Assembly: GCA_002633005.1 (NCBI GenBank)
Contig: NMRA01000327.1
Span: 133,632 to 197,631, forward strand
Source: Phoronis australis
Taxonomy: Eukaryota; Animalia; Phoronida
Direction of reading: 5' to 3'
DNA: 64,000 bases
Positions 1 to 11,200 of this stretch are shown in pieces. The position numbers and the translations under genes are program-made. The notes under the pieces are model-generated. The model searched no databases. It was given only the letters and a program-made list of their open reading frames with translations, and had not been told where the DNA came from. The stretch's first letter is position 1; every line of letters begins with the position of its first letter.

Positions 1-690
1 GGAGCACAGATTAATAGACACTTATCTTGAGTTAGCACAAAAGTAGCGTAAAGTTCCATTTCGAGTAAAAAGATTAGAACCCGGGCCCTGGGCTTCTTAC
101 TGCCTAAGATTCAAATTACAGACCAAGAGTACTCGACAATGCAAAATGTGTTTGCCAAACCGTGACCGAACACGATTCCGCCTTTTTCCCATCCCTATAA
201 CAGACCAAATCAATAATTTGTTAAAAAGACGCCGGTTGGTCGGACTTTCCTAAATTGGGCAGCTTAATAACATCCACTGAAGACCTAGCATTTCCTTTTG
301 AATGCAAAACTAAATTGCTAAGCAAATTTACAAAACTGGTGCCGTGGTCTAATCGTTTTACTCGAAATCGAACTCGAAAGTCACCAATAATAACGTCACA
401 TTGTCACCAGTCACGTTGATAATGTTGAACAATGTACTTGAGGTTATGAAAAACTTTTCCAGCAGATCTGTTTTGAAGTTTTGTGTTACTCAGCCCCGTT
501 AGTTAGCGGTTATCAGCCTACTTCAGTATTTTCGTGTTTAGGTTATAAGTTAAGTAGAAATGCTCCTTTAAGAACTAGATTGCCCAATTATATCTTGTAG
601 GCCTACTTGGAATCATTCATAAATGGTTTCGGAAAATATTTCAACTGCAGTCTTTTTCGAAATACACTTTAACTCTAATTTTCAATGTAG

Positions 691-1421
691 CTACAAACTC
701 CCGGCCAACACATCCAGCAACAACACGTCATATGTCCACAAGACGTCCAACGACCAATACGCAAATCCCGCCATCTACCGCCCACGATCCCCCCGTTAGA
801 AGTGAGCCATCACGCACGCTGGATACCCGCATTTATGAAACGACTCAAGATGGCGACCAGACAGAGGAAGTCACTCGTAGTCTCACAGCAACCAATGCCT
901 TGGACGTGTCGACAGCTAGTTTAAATATGGGTGTTGTGGTTGCTATTTTTTTCGTTGTCCTCATTTTGTTAGTTATTATGAGTATCGCAGCTTTCAAACT
1001 TTGGCGTCGTAAAAAGCGTCGAAACCACATCGCAGCTTCCCGTGAACACCTAGAGAGTGACCCGGATATCGTGACTGCGAGTTGTGGAAGTACTGAATCT
1101 AGCTTCGAGATGTTAGCATCTCTCGAACAAGATGAAGAGGGCTTTGAAAAGGTCACTGTAGAAAACCGCCACAATAAGACTAACGCTGGTCACTCAAAGA
1201 CATTCATAGACCCTGCTTTTACTTCACCGTATGGTTCAGAAAGACACGAGACGATTGACAGGGCAAGAGCAAGCCTTGTTGAACACCGCGGTTCTTTAGC
1301 GAGGTCCGTGTCTTCAGTCAAACTCACAGACTTGCGCATTATGCAGAGACGTCGTGGTCAATGGAGACGAAAACGATCAAGTGGGAATGCCAACATGTGT
1401 TCCAAAGTAAAAAGGGTCTGA
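691..1421 (+). CDS. Probable terminal exon of a type I single-pass membrane protein (Ser/Thr/Pro-rich stalk, TM helix, cytoplasmic tail); upstream exons not seen
   Basis: The ORF 732..1421 stays open upstream to an acceptor (ttttcaatgtag|CT ACA AAC, AG at 689-690, phase 1). It encodes a T/P/S-rich segment, the hydrophobic run VVVAIFFVVLILLVIMSIAAF, a basic stop-transfer KLWRRKKRR and a tail ending in TGA at 1421. No family recognised. Confidence 0.7.
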
Positions 1422-2825
1422 CTGGTCTTCACCTTAGGCCACGTGGCTTGTAAGAGTCACAGTGGAGCAGACAATTCTTTTCTGGTGATAGCTACTCCGG
1501 TGGAAAAAGTGTACCGTGTAGGACGTTCTATTGTTTTGTCTATTTGAATATGTGGTTTGATTATATTTTATTTTACTATTTAGAATTAGCAAGTTTATAT
1601 TTTATATCTGATGCATAGTATTATTCTTGTTATTGTCATCTGAACTGTAAAAGATTACTTTTAAGAGATTATTTCTGTGACTTGGAGATTTTGTAAATAC
1701 TTTTAGAGCTTAATTCCGTTTCTTTAAATTTGAGATATCTTTGTAGAGCTCTAGAGTCAAAGTATGACGTTCTGTTGATTTGTCAGTCTATGTGAACGTT
1801 TAATTATCCTTACTGTTTAGAAATAGTATGGCAAGTTTACTTAACATATCTTATGCATAATATTACTCTTGTTATTGCCATCTAAACTGTAAAAGTTTAT
1901 TTCTGTGACTTTGAGATTTTGTAAGTTCTTTATGAGCATACTTCCGTTTCTGAAATGTAGATCTTTAGAGCCAAAGATTTCATATTCATTATTCATCCTT
2001 AATTGACAAAATCTGTTACCTTCACCACTTTGAGTAAAACCTTGTATTAGCCCTAAAGCTGGTAGTGGGTAATTACTAAGTCGTCGCACCTGAATGATGA
2101 ACATTGAGAAGGCAACGCATGGATCAGCTCACATCCACAGAATACTGCTGTAGTAGAACACAGCGGTTCTTTAGCGAACTCCGTGTCTTGGGTACGTAAA
2201 ACTCACACACTTGCGTATAATACAGAGCCGTCGTGGTCAATGGAGACGAAAACGTTCAAGTGGGGATGCCAGTTTGTGTTCCAAGCAAAAGAAGGTCTGA
2301 TTGGTCTTCACACTATGCCACGTGGCTTGTAAGAGTCACAGTGGAGCAGACACATTCTTTTCTGGTGACAGCTGCACCGGTTGAAAAAGAGTACCGTGTA
2401 GGACGTTGTGTAGTTTTGTCTATTTGAACAAGATGTTTAATTGTCCTAACTGTTTAGAAATAGTATGGCAGGTTTATATAACATATCTTGTGCGTAATAT
2501 TAGTCTTGCTATTGCCATCTAAACTGTAAAAGTTTACTAATTAAGAGATTATTTCTGTGACTTGGAGATTTTGTAAGTGCGTTGTAAGGTTACTTCCGTT
2601 TCTTTAATGTTGAGATTTTATTGTAGATCTTTAGAGCCAAAGATTTCCTATTCATTATTTATCATTAATAAATAAAATCTGTTACCTTCAGCACTCGTCG
2701 TTTTAGTTCTAAAGTTGGAAGTATGTATTTACCAAGTCGTCACACCTGAATGATTTAACATTGAGAAGGCGATGCATGGATTAGCACTTATTAGGTGGTG
2801 TAGCTCACATCCATAGAATTCTACT
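1281..2825 (+). repeat. Nested local tandem duplication of the 3' coding end and 3' UTR of the membrane-protein gene
   Basis: 2156..~2641 is a diverged copy of 1281..~1762 (gaacac(c/a)gcggttctttagcga ... agag(t/c)caaag). ~1766..1976 repeats ~1522..1762, and ~2642..2825 repeats ~1977..2150. Confidence 0.9.
2156..2300 (+). pseudogene. Frameshifted duplicate of the last ~46 codons of the membrane-protein exon
   Basis: Aligns to 1281..1421, including ggtctga at the stop, but with indels (tcttgggtacgtaaaactc vs tcttcagtcaaactc). The copy lacks the TM-coding part. Confidence 0.6.
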
Positions 2826-3251
2826 ATGGGTAATAACGTGAGAACGCGTGATATCGTCATGCATTGGAAGGGAAACACGTGACCATATTAGCTTTACTCG
2901 AGAGATTCTTTACTTAACGCAGTCCTGTTTCACCTCTGATACAGGCGAAGTGATAAATGCACACGATCGCGTTTTACGTTGGTCAGAAAATCAGGCTTTC
3001 CTTGATCTCGGTGACTAAGTTCTAGCCTCACGCGTAGCATTATTGGACTATTTTTATCGGATTAGTTGCGTCGTTTAGTGATCCTTGTCTTTGACACTCA
3101 GTCGATGTAGCATTTATTTTTTAACTTGAAGGTGTCCCTGCCAATGAGTGAAACACAGATCTCTCAAGTAATTAGGTGCTCCTAGTTAATGATTTAATAT
3201 ATTTTTTTAATTTCTAGGAAGGGGAGACATGACATAAGTGGTCACACACAC

Positions 3252-3365
3252 AGGGGCAAAACTTACGGGGGTACATTAGGATAAGACAAATCCCGGGGTG
3301 TTTTAGAGCCAAACATTTTACGCGGGTGTATTAGGACAAAGCAACTTACGGAGATATGTTAGTGC
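3252..3365. repeat. Degenerate ~30-bp minisatellite, about 4 units
   Basis: Recurring caaa..cttacggggg/tg..ttagg(a) units. Confidence 0.5.
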
Positions 3366-4099
3366 AGGTGTAGAGACGAACAGGGGGTCAAGTCTCCGAG
3401 TCGCGAGACCATGGAATGGAGAGCATGGTAGAGAGGTGTAACATCTAGGAGAGTCTGTAGTGTGACAGCCCACCCCAACCCCAGCCTAACTCACGTAATA
3501 GTCACTTTAGTTGGGCAAAGAAAGAAAACGTTGGGCAACGGAAGAAAAGTTTTGCAGAGGGATTTTTTAAAATAAGCATTCCAAACTTGAGAATTTTTAA
3601 AAAATCCGGTTTCCTGTGAACTCTTCACCTGTTTGTAATATCCTTTAACTTCGGATTTTCTAAGCTTTATAAAATTTTCGTGACCAATTTTCATCGCAAT
3701 GAATTTTGTTCATGTGGTGCTCTGCTCAAAAATGAAAGGTCAACTAACAAGATCCCGGTCATTGCCGTGGTACCGTTTTAGGCATGTTCTTGTGCTGCGC
3801 TCACCAGTCTTTCTTATCAATTAGGTTCAGATCAGCTCGTTTCAGCAGTTAGATACTGAATGTTATCTATCGCAATTTCTAATCACACAAGTTTATATCA
3901 AGGAAGGATGGGATTAGAGTTTTTGGGAGCGAACTCAATCAATCTCTATATAGAACCACGTGTACATATATTGAGTACGTGGTTAACGTATTTTGAGAAA
4001 ATTTTGACCTAAGTTTGACTTTTCATGAAGCGCATTGCCAATCAAGGATTGATAGTCTTACAAAACGATGGTGCAATGAATGACAAAATGATTTTGTTC

Positions 4100-4445
4100 T
4101 AGTGGGAAAGAGAACACTAGGCAGATACCATAGCCGATAGTTGTGAACAGAACAAGAACAGGAAGCAAAATGATAAAGCTCGAGACAATAACACTGTAAT
4201 GGCATCAACAGGTATATACGTTAGTAGCCAGTAACAGACAAAGTTCCCTTTCTATGTTAAGATGCAACGTTGTAGTAGAGCAGTGGAAATGGCAGCTCTC
4301 CTTCAAAATGTTTGAGTGCTTGTGAAATTGCAATATATTCTGCGAATGCTTTTGACATATCCAATAAACCAATTGCCATCGAAAATTTTCCAATTGAAAA
4401 ACTGTGCATAAAATCGTATAATGGTGAAATTTCACTTTTATTCAA
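4100..4445 (-). mobile_element. Possible highly decayed non-LTR retrotransposon RT fragment
   Basis: The minus-strand translation contains AIGLLDMSKAF, resembling the LINE RT motif (F/L)LDxSKAFD. Flanking frames are broken and I did not recognise other RT motifs with certainty. Confidence 0.3.
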
Positions 4446-4471
4446 ACAAAAGATTATTGATTAATTTGACT

Positions 4472-5109
4472 TTAAAGGAGAATGTTACTTTTTTGACGAT
4501 GATTTTGGACAATTTGGTATGTTTTGCTTACTATGAAATGATATTTTATTTTCAGTAGATTTTTATAGAAACGATGTAAAAGACAAACGCAGCAGTCAAG
4601 ACGGACTTACAAACTTACTTAAACAAATCACGTTGACGTTGGTGACTCTTTTCGTTGGAGTAATCAGTGAACTTCTTTGGGGAGCGCTCACTTTCTGTAC
4701 TAAAAACAAACTAACAAAACAAGGGGTACCAACCTTAAATATGAACCTGAAAATGGTACTCAAAGGGACATAATCGCTTAAAAAGTCGAAAAACGTATTT
4801 TGGGATTATTGTTGAGTATGATAGACTTTTTGAAGTTATTAGCGATGACTAGAGCTATAGAACAGCAAAATCCTTTGTTTTTGTGTGATTTGAAATTGTC
4901 GATGTCTGACGTTGGCGTGGCCCCATTCGGTAGAATGAAATCAAATCGACTAATTGCCATATTGGCTTTTAACTCTTGGCCACTGAGGTCATGCCTTCGA
5001 GTCCTTCTTGGGGCAGTGAGCAAGTTGCGCGATGCAGACACTGGGTGTCTGCCCGGCGGATGGCGCTTTTACTTTGATTTTATTTACTCTTTCTGGTATC
5101 ATTGCTTAA
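4472..5109. mobile_element. Probable TTAA-flanked Kolobok-like MITE abutting the next element
   Basis: Left end TTAA|aggagaatgttac (4472) matches the termini of the 5110..6038 element. A degenerate right end (ggtatcattgc|TTAA) shares the TTAA at 5106-5109. Confidence 0.45.
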
Positions 5110-6042
5110 AGGAGAATGCCACCGGATTTAAATAGTCTTTTTTACCGTCTTAATCTGTCTATATACACATCGCCTCTTATACGGTTGACCTCACCTTGCC
5201 GAGAGGTGTCGCGTTAACCTGTGAAGAAGGTGAGAAACGACGCAGCGACGTCAGTGGTTCGTCTGCAGAGTGAATGCCGCTATATCGCGGTGCACCGTTC
5301 GCGCTTGTCCGAAATATGAAGCTGCGAAGAAAGCGGGTATATCGTTTTTTCGACTTCCTCGAGAGCCCGAAATGCTTAGGAAGTGGCTCACGGTAGTGAA
5401 GAATGAAAAATACACTGTCAATAGCAAGTATGAGGCCGTGAAACATCTCCGTGTCTGTGGCCGGAATTTAGTCGACAGTGATTTCTCTGACGAATTCCGG
5501 CTTATCAAAGAACTATCTATACACCCTGTACGTCCCGTTGCGTGTGTATGTTCACGGCGCCTCTCTAGTATTTCTTAATCAGTGTATTCCGGTTCAAATT
5601 GGTAGCTTGTGAAACCTAACGATCCGTGAAGTCTTCGTCCGATGAGCTCTTGACTGACTAAGTCGGGCGAGTTGCCATGTAGACTTTTATTATTCTGCGT
5701 TCAGTTACCAAAGTCCATAGTAGTCTACGGTGTGTCCAAATACCAATGAATCCGTAACAGCGAAATAAAACAACACGTTTTTATAAGAACTCGGTGTATT
5801 TTTAAGGGTTTGATTATTTATTGGTGTTAAACGATGAATTCAAGCGATAACCTGACACTAGTAACCCGTGTTGTGAACTGCTGAACAGACTGCGTGTGAG
5901 ACCAATTACGTCATTGGGTAATTTCAACACCTCCGTCTGCCGTCCGGTGTCAGGTAACGCAACTGAACGTGCCGTTATCGAGTAGTACTACTCGATCTAA
6001 ATTGATATAAAATGGGTTGTTTTTGGTGGCATTCTCCTTTAA
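5106..6042 (+). mobile_element. Non-autonomous Kolobok-like DNA transposon with THAP-domain remnant
   Basis: TTAA TSD at 5106-5109 and 6039-6042; perfect 14-bp TIRs aggagaatgccacc / ggtggcattctcct with RR...YY termini. Internal ORF 5270..5578 has a THAP-like pattern (CTVRAC...SFFRLP...RKW...LRVC...DF). TTAA TSD, RR/YY ends and an N-terminal THAP are Kolobok hallmarks. Confidence 0.85.
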
Positions 6043-6399
6043 GTCAAAGACAAATAGTAATTTAGTGACCGCGTCTCGCATACGGTGGTCAGTTATCAAT
6101 TAAAAGTGCGGGAATTACGGATTTAATGAGAACAGCTGACGTTTTCTTAGTTTGTTCAGTCAGTCACCACTTCCATTTTGAGGGAGAGCTCTTTTTACTT
6201 AATTACATTTTTATAGAAATGAACAGAAAAGGTTGATGACATTGCGATACCTTTTATAGTACGTATAACATGCGAAATAGATCAAAAGAAGTTGGGCAAA
6301 TTATGTTTGACTCCCCCCAAACTAAAGCTCATAGTTTCGTCCTTGATTTAAGAATTTGTACGCTGTGCGAAAGAGGGAGGGAGGGAGGGATCCCCCATG

Positions 6400-7228
6400 G
6401 TGATAAACATGACATCATCACATAGACTTACTAGTGATATGCATGCCAGGATTACATGGACTTTTACTAATATGCATGACACGATCATATTGACTTACTA
6501 GTGATATGCATAACATGATCACATAGACTTACTATTGATATGCATGCCAGGATTACATGGACTTTTACTAATATGCATGACACGATCATATTGACTTACT
6601 AGTGATATGCATGACATGATCACATAGACTTACTATTGATATGCATGACATGATTACAGGGACTTACTGCTGACATGCACGACATGATCACATGGACATA
6701 CTGCCGACATGGCATCACCACATAGACTTACTACATGGGCGGCGCACCATAGGGCGCTGGGGGGCTATAGCCCCCCACTTTTTTCAGTGCTCCGGCGCCC
6801 ATGGTCTATGGGCGGTGTACCACAGCGGGGCTGGGGACCTATAGCCGCCCATGTACTAGTGATATGCATGCCACGATCACATGGACTTACTACTCATATG
6901 CATGACATCATCGCATTGACTTGCTACCGATATGCACGACATGATCACATGGACTTAATACTGATATGCATGGCGTGATCACATTGACTTCCTACTGATA
7001 TGCGATGACATGATCACATGGACTAACTTCTGATATGCATAACATGGTCACATGGTCTTGCTGCTGGTATGCATGCCATGATCACATGGACTTACTGCTG
7101 ACATACATGCCACGATCACATGGACTTACTACTGATATGCATCACATGATTGCATGGACTTACTGCTGATGTGCATGACATGAACTCATGGACTTACTAC
7201 TGATGTGTAAGACACGATCATGTGACTA
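6400..7228. repeat. 33-34 bp minisatellite (~20 units) with a 101-bp higher-order trimer at its left end
   Basis: Consensus gacttactagtgatatgcatgacatgatcacatg. Variant gcatgccagg recurs at 6441 and 6542 (34+33+34 = 101 bp). Confidence 0.95.
6734..6853. mobile_element. 120-bp GC-rich MITE inserted in the minisatellite, 5-bp TSD
   Basis: Perfect 10-bp TIR catgggcggc / gccgcccatg. TACTA is duplicated at 6729-6733 and 6854-6858, and removing the element plus one TACTA restores the repeat unit gacttactagtgatatg. Confidence 0.9.
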
Positions 7229-7380
7229 GTTCTCATCAGAGAGAAATGATGGTAGCGTGAGGGGAACAAAAAATATTTTAATGAAGGCTTAACCACCATA
7301 GCAAGTAAATTTTGAAAGAAATTATGAAATGAAAAACAGCGCAAACCTATTATCAGATATGACATTTTAATGTCCTGCAG

Positions 7381-8283
7381 CAGTGGCGGATCTAGGATAT
7401 CACAATGGGGGGCCAACATTTTGTCTGAAAACATTAGCTCAAAGCACGATTAGATGCGCATAGCACCGAAAGGGGGGAGGTCGTGAGGGGGGTTTGCCCC
7501 GCCCAGGAAAATTTTGCTGTTTTTTCCTCTAAAAATCAAGCATTTCTTTGATTTCTGAAATATTATCCAAGAAAAAAGGCAAAGAAAAAAAACTGAGAAC
7601 GTGTCAAACATGAAAAACTGCAATTATCACAGACTCGAACCCACGACCCAGCAAACAGAGCGCGCGTGCTTTACCACTGCACCACCACAATTTCACTCAT
7701 AATTTGACAACAAGAGACCTACTTGTTTATGGTCCACAGCGTTTGCGCGCGAAACCTACTTCTTTTTATATTTTGTGTAATCAGTTCGTAACAAATTTGT
7801 TGTATTTAAATTAGTCTTCAATTGCCCAAAAGACCAAATCCGTTTTTTTGTGTTGGCATTAATGACGCGATTGCTTTGGAAATCGTCTTAAGTTAAGGGT
7901 TGACAAAGAGAGGATTATGAGTTTCTGAGTGATTCACTAAGGCTTCGATTAAAATTCACATCTTACCAGCATTTTGTGTTTTTTCATCGTCACTCAGATT
8001 CCATTTTCTTTAAAAAATCAAGTAATTTTCTTCATTGCACAGTGAAGCAGACGAAGGAAACGCCACTGCCGGTCGCCTGGGATAGTCGTTTCGTTACGAT
8101 TGAGCCGCGTTCCGAATTTGACACTTGAAATTGGATCTGAGCCCCCCCCCNAAATCTTTTTTCCGCCGTATAATGTTAATTGCCGGGGTTAATTGATAAA
8201 CTCAACATTTGCCTACGCTCTTGCTGTTTTATTTTTTCGCGGCAGCCAAGGGGGGGGGGCTGACCCCCCTTAATCCGCCTATG
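7381..8283. mobile_element. CA...TG-ended non-autonomous DNA transposon (hAT-like), 5-bp TSD, spanning an assembly N
   Basis: Ends cagtggcggatctag / taatccgcctatg with G/C-run subterminal hairpins. TGCAG on both sides (7376-7380, 8284-8288). N at 8151. Confidence 0.7.
7628..7688 (-). mobile_element. tRNA-derived SINE-like head inside the transposon
   Basis: The minus strand reads gtggtgcagtggtaaagc (A box) ... ggttcgagtc (B box). No complete acceptor stem. Confidence 0.55.
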
Positions 8284-11200
8284 TGCAGGCGTCCAAATTC
8301 CTTTAGTTACCTTGCCAATATTTACAGGGTCGGTCTACGTTAACACTAGTGGCGCTAGAGGGCGACACATCGCAATGACATTTTTTGACGTTAACGTTTT
8401 CATTTCCGTGCATTATTTACTTTAACCGCCACTCTTCCTCGATCGTCACCACTCTCCCTTCCCTCGGGGTCTTCAGCAGTATCATTTCCCCGGAGATCAC
8501 GAAGTTTTGTCGCCGCTTAGTCTTCGTTGCCTTCTCGGTGGACCCGCGTGTCGTGGATTGCAAAAAGATTCAAGACAATTTTCCCAGTCGCTTTAGGTTA
8601 TGGATCTGCCTCGTATGTGGGTAGCGTCTGACTTGTCCCCGCTTCCCGCGTCAATGTTTTCTATTTTCCATGAAAAAATGTCTTGATAATGAATATTTCA
8701 CTCTCTTTAATTTGAAGCCGTAGCATGCCGTTTAAATTTTATTAGCATTTCTAGACTCTGACGTTGTACGCACAGATCATTTTATTGAACTACAGACGCG
8801 CTTTTAATGAAACACAGACGTACTTTTATTCCATTCATGGCTTTTCATATTGTGCATGAAGTTGTCACGAGGCCCCGAAAGTTTGAAGTAAGACATTTGT
8901 TTTTGAGTGGAAATTGCTCGAGTGAAACTCGCCATAACCAAATTCAATTTACAATATTTTTGAATGTGTGCACTATTTCTTTGGTGTGTGAACACTGGGA
9001 ACATTGTTTATTCATACAGAAATATAATGCATTTCACTGAATTTTTCAATACAGCTGTTGTACCGCAATGACACCTGGTGGTCGTTCAGTAACCAAGACC
9101 AATTCGCCTTGTGTTATTAAAATTGGTTATTGAACTAATTTGGGGCAACTTTCTACCACATTCAATGCACAATTGGCCTTATGGTGCTCTCATATGTTGG
9201 TTCTTAAAGCTTCCCCATCTTAACAAAATTGTTAAAACTACTAATAATGTATTGACAAACCAACAGACTGAGATACTATTGAGGTGTCCTATTCAACGTT
9301 TAATGTGGAGTTAGAAAATAGACTTTTGTGACTCAAAACTTCAAACCGTCATATTTTTAACAAAAATTAATGTAATTTGAGAACAAGCGAATTTTACATA
9401 AAATTGATTCTGACAATTGCTTGATATTTTACGAAGTAGTTTTGAAATGCAGTAGTTTTTTGTATATGAGCTCAATTGACTTCACAGTTTTGTTCTTAGG
9501 AGTTCACTGTTAGCGTCTCCACCCATGCAAGTTATCACTAGGTATGCATACATGTTGACATGCGCAGAGTGTTTCTAGCGAGCATAATTGCAGGCTTCGG
9601 TGTTCAAACTCCGTCTTCCAAGCACACAGTTTGGTGTCTTGCCTGTTGTTCGTCGATGTGGTAATCGTATTGTATTTATTTTTGGTGTTTGCTTACTAAC
9701 GTTGATAACTTACCTGGAATTGTTATAAGTTTATTACCGTGACATGGAATACAATTTGCAAACACTAATTCTGAACATACAGGGATTTTTTTTTTCATTT
9801 CCACGCTCGACAACGTTGGAAAGTTGAGCATACAGTTCTGAGTACAGCAAGGAAAAGGCCATAATATGTGAAATTTAAAAAATCAAATAAGCTCTCTAAA
9901 GATTTCGTTTGAAATTCATTTTGCCTTGCATGCAGTAACGGATCTACTGTGCAGCTAATGAGCCCCTTCCCACCACCACAGGGGTACCCCAAGGTCGGAT
10001 CTTTCATTGAAACAGCATTTCGTCCTGCTTAGCAGTGTTAAGTTGACAAGAGAATCACTTGTGTTTGAAGCACGTACAAAAATGACCATTAACAGTTATG
10101 AAATGCTTCGTCTTACCAGCACCTGACCTCGACAAATTTTAGGGTTTTGAAAGCAGTCGACGTGAACCATTGTGTACTCGAGCATAGAATCATGGACACT
10201 CATCTATTGCAAGAAAAAACATTCCTCTCAATTTATTGATAAAAGTCGCGTACAGCTCCACGATACAATAGGCAAAACTGATTTTAGAAAAAAATCGATC
10301 GTCTAGTTTTTTTCTTGGAACAGTCCACAAACATTCATTAACACAATCGATACACAGAATAAGTTACATTTTGAAATTTGAAACCATAGATAGTAGCCGT
10401 GTATGCAAGGTGATGTTTGGCTAGCTAACGTGGTGCAGTTGAGCCAAGCGTGCTGTTCGGCCATTTCCTAACTTGGTATTAATTCGAGCGTCAGTAATTT
10501 CCTTTGTTTGTATTCAGATAATTAAAACTGACAGCCACTTTCACATATGTTTGCCGTCCGTGCAAGGTGTTTACCAGGCGTTGCTAACTTTTATTGAAGT
10601 CACGCTACACATCGATTTCCATCGTATTCCTATTTGAATAGTCCGCGATTACATAAGACTGCTTAAACTTCTTGCTTCCACTACAGGTGATAACATTTTT
10701 CCCTAATGAGACGAAAATGCGCTCTGCCAATAAAATTGTCAAATTGTTGAACGTCAATACAGTTAAAATGGCGATTGCAAACAATGACACCGGTGTGTAA
10801 ATTTCGTTACGCTCGGTAAGCAATATGAAAACTATTACTGAAAAGAAAAGTTTGGAATGTACAAATATTTGTGCCATTTTGTTTGTTGAGCATTTAGTTA
10901 CAATAACTCCAATATGTTCAGGTAATCCATTCCTTCGCGGACACCAGGTGAATCCAGTTTCACAAGAATTATAACATCTGAGCAATCTATGAATAAAAAT
11001 TTTCATTTTTCTTAGTTAAGAATAATAATTTAATAACAAGTACAAGAACAAAAAACGTTTTCGCATAATAAACAAATTACGGTACACTCGAGTACCCACA
11101 CAATAGACAAAACTTCATAAATTCATATACATGTCTAACCATAACCTATTGTTAATAGTGAAACTGTGGACTCTAATTTTAGCTATGATGTGGGCGGATC

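Noticed and set aside
845-1174. Antisense 109-aa ORF
   Set aside because: Shadow of the + strand membrane-protein exon.
6400-7228. 34-bp repeats as a CRISPR array
   Set aside because: Units are contiguous with no unique spacers, there are no cas genes, and the context is eukaryotic; it is a minisatellite.
7628-7688. Functional tRNA gene
   Set aside because: A and B boxes are present but there is no paired acceptor stem or proper anticodon arm, and it lies inside a transposon.
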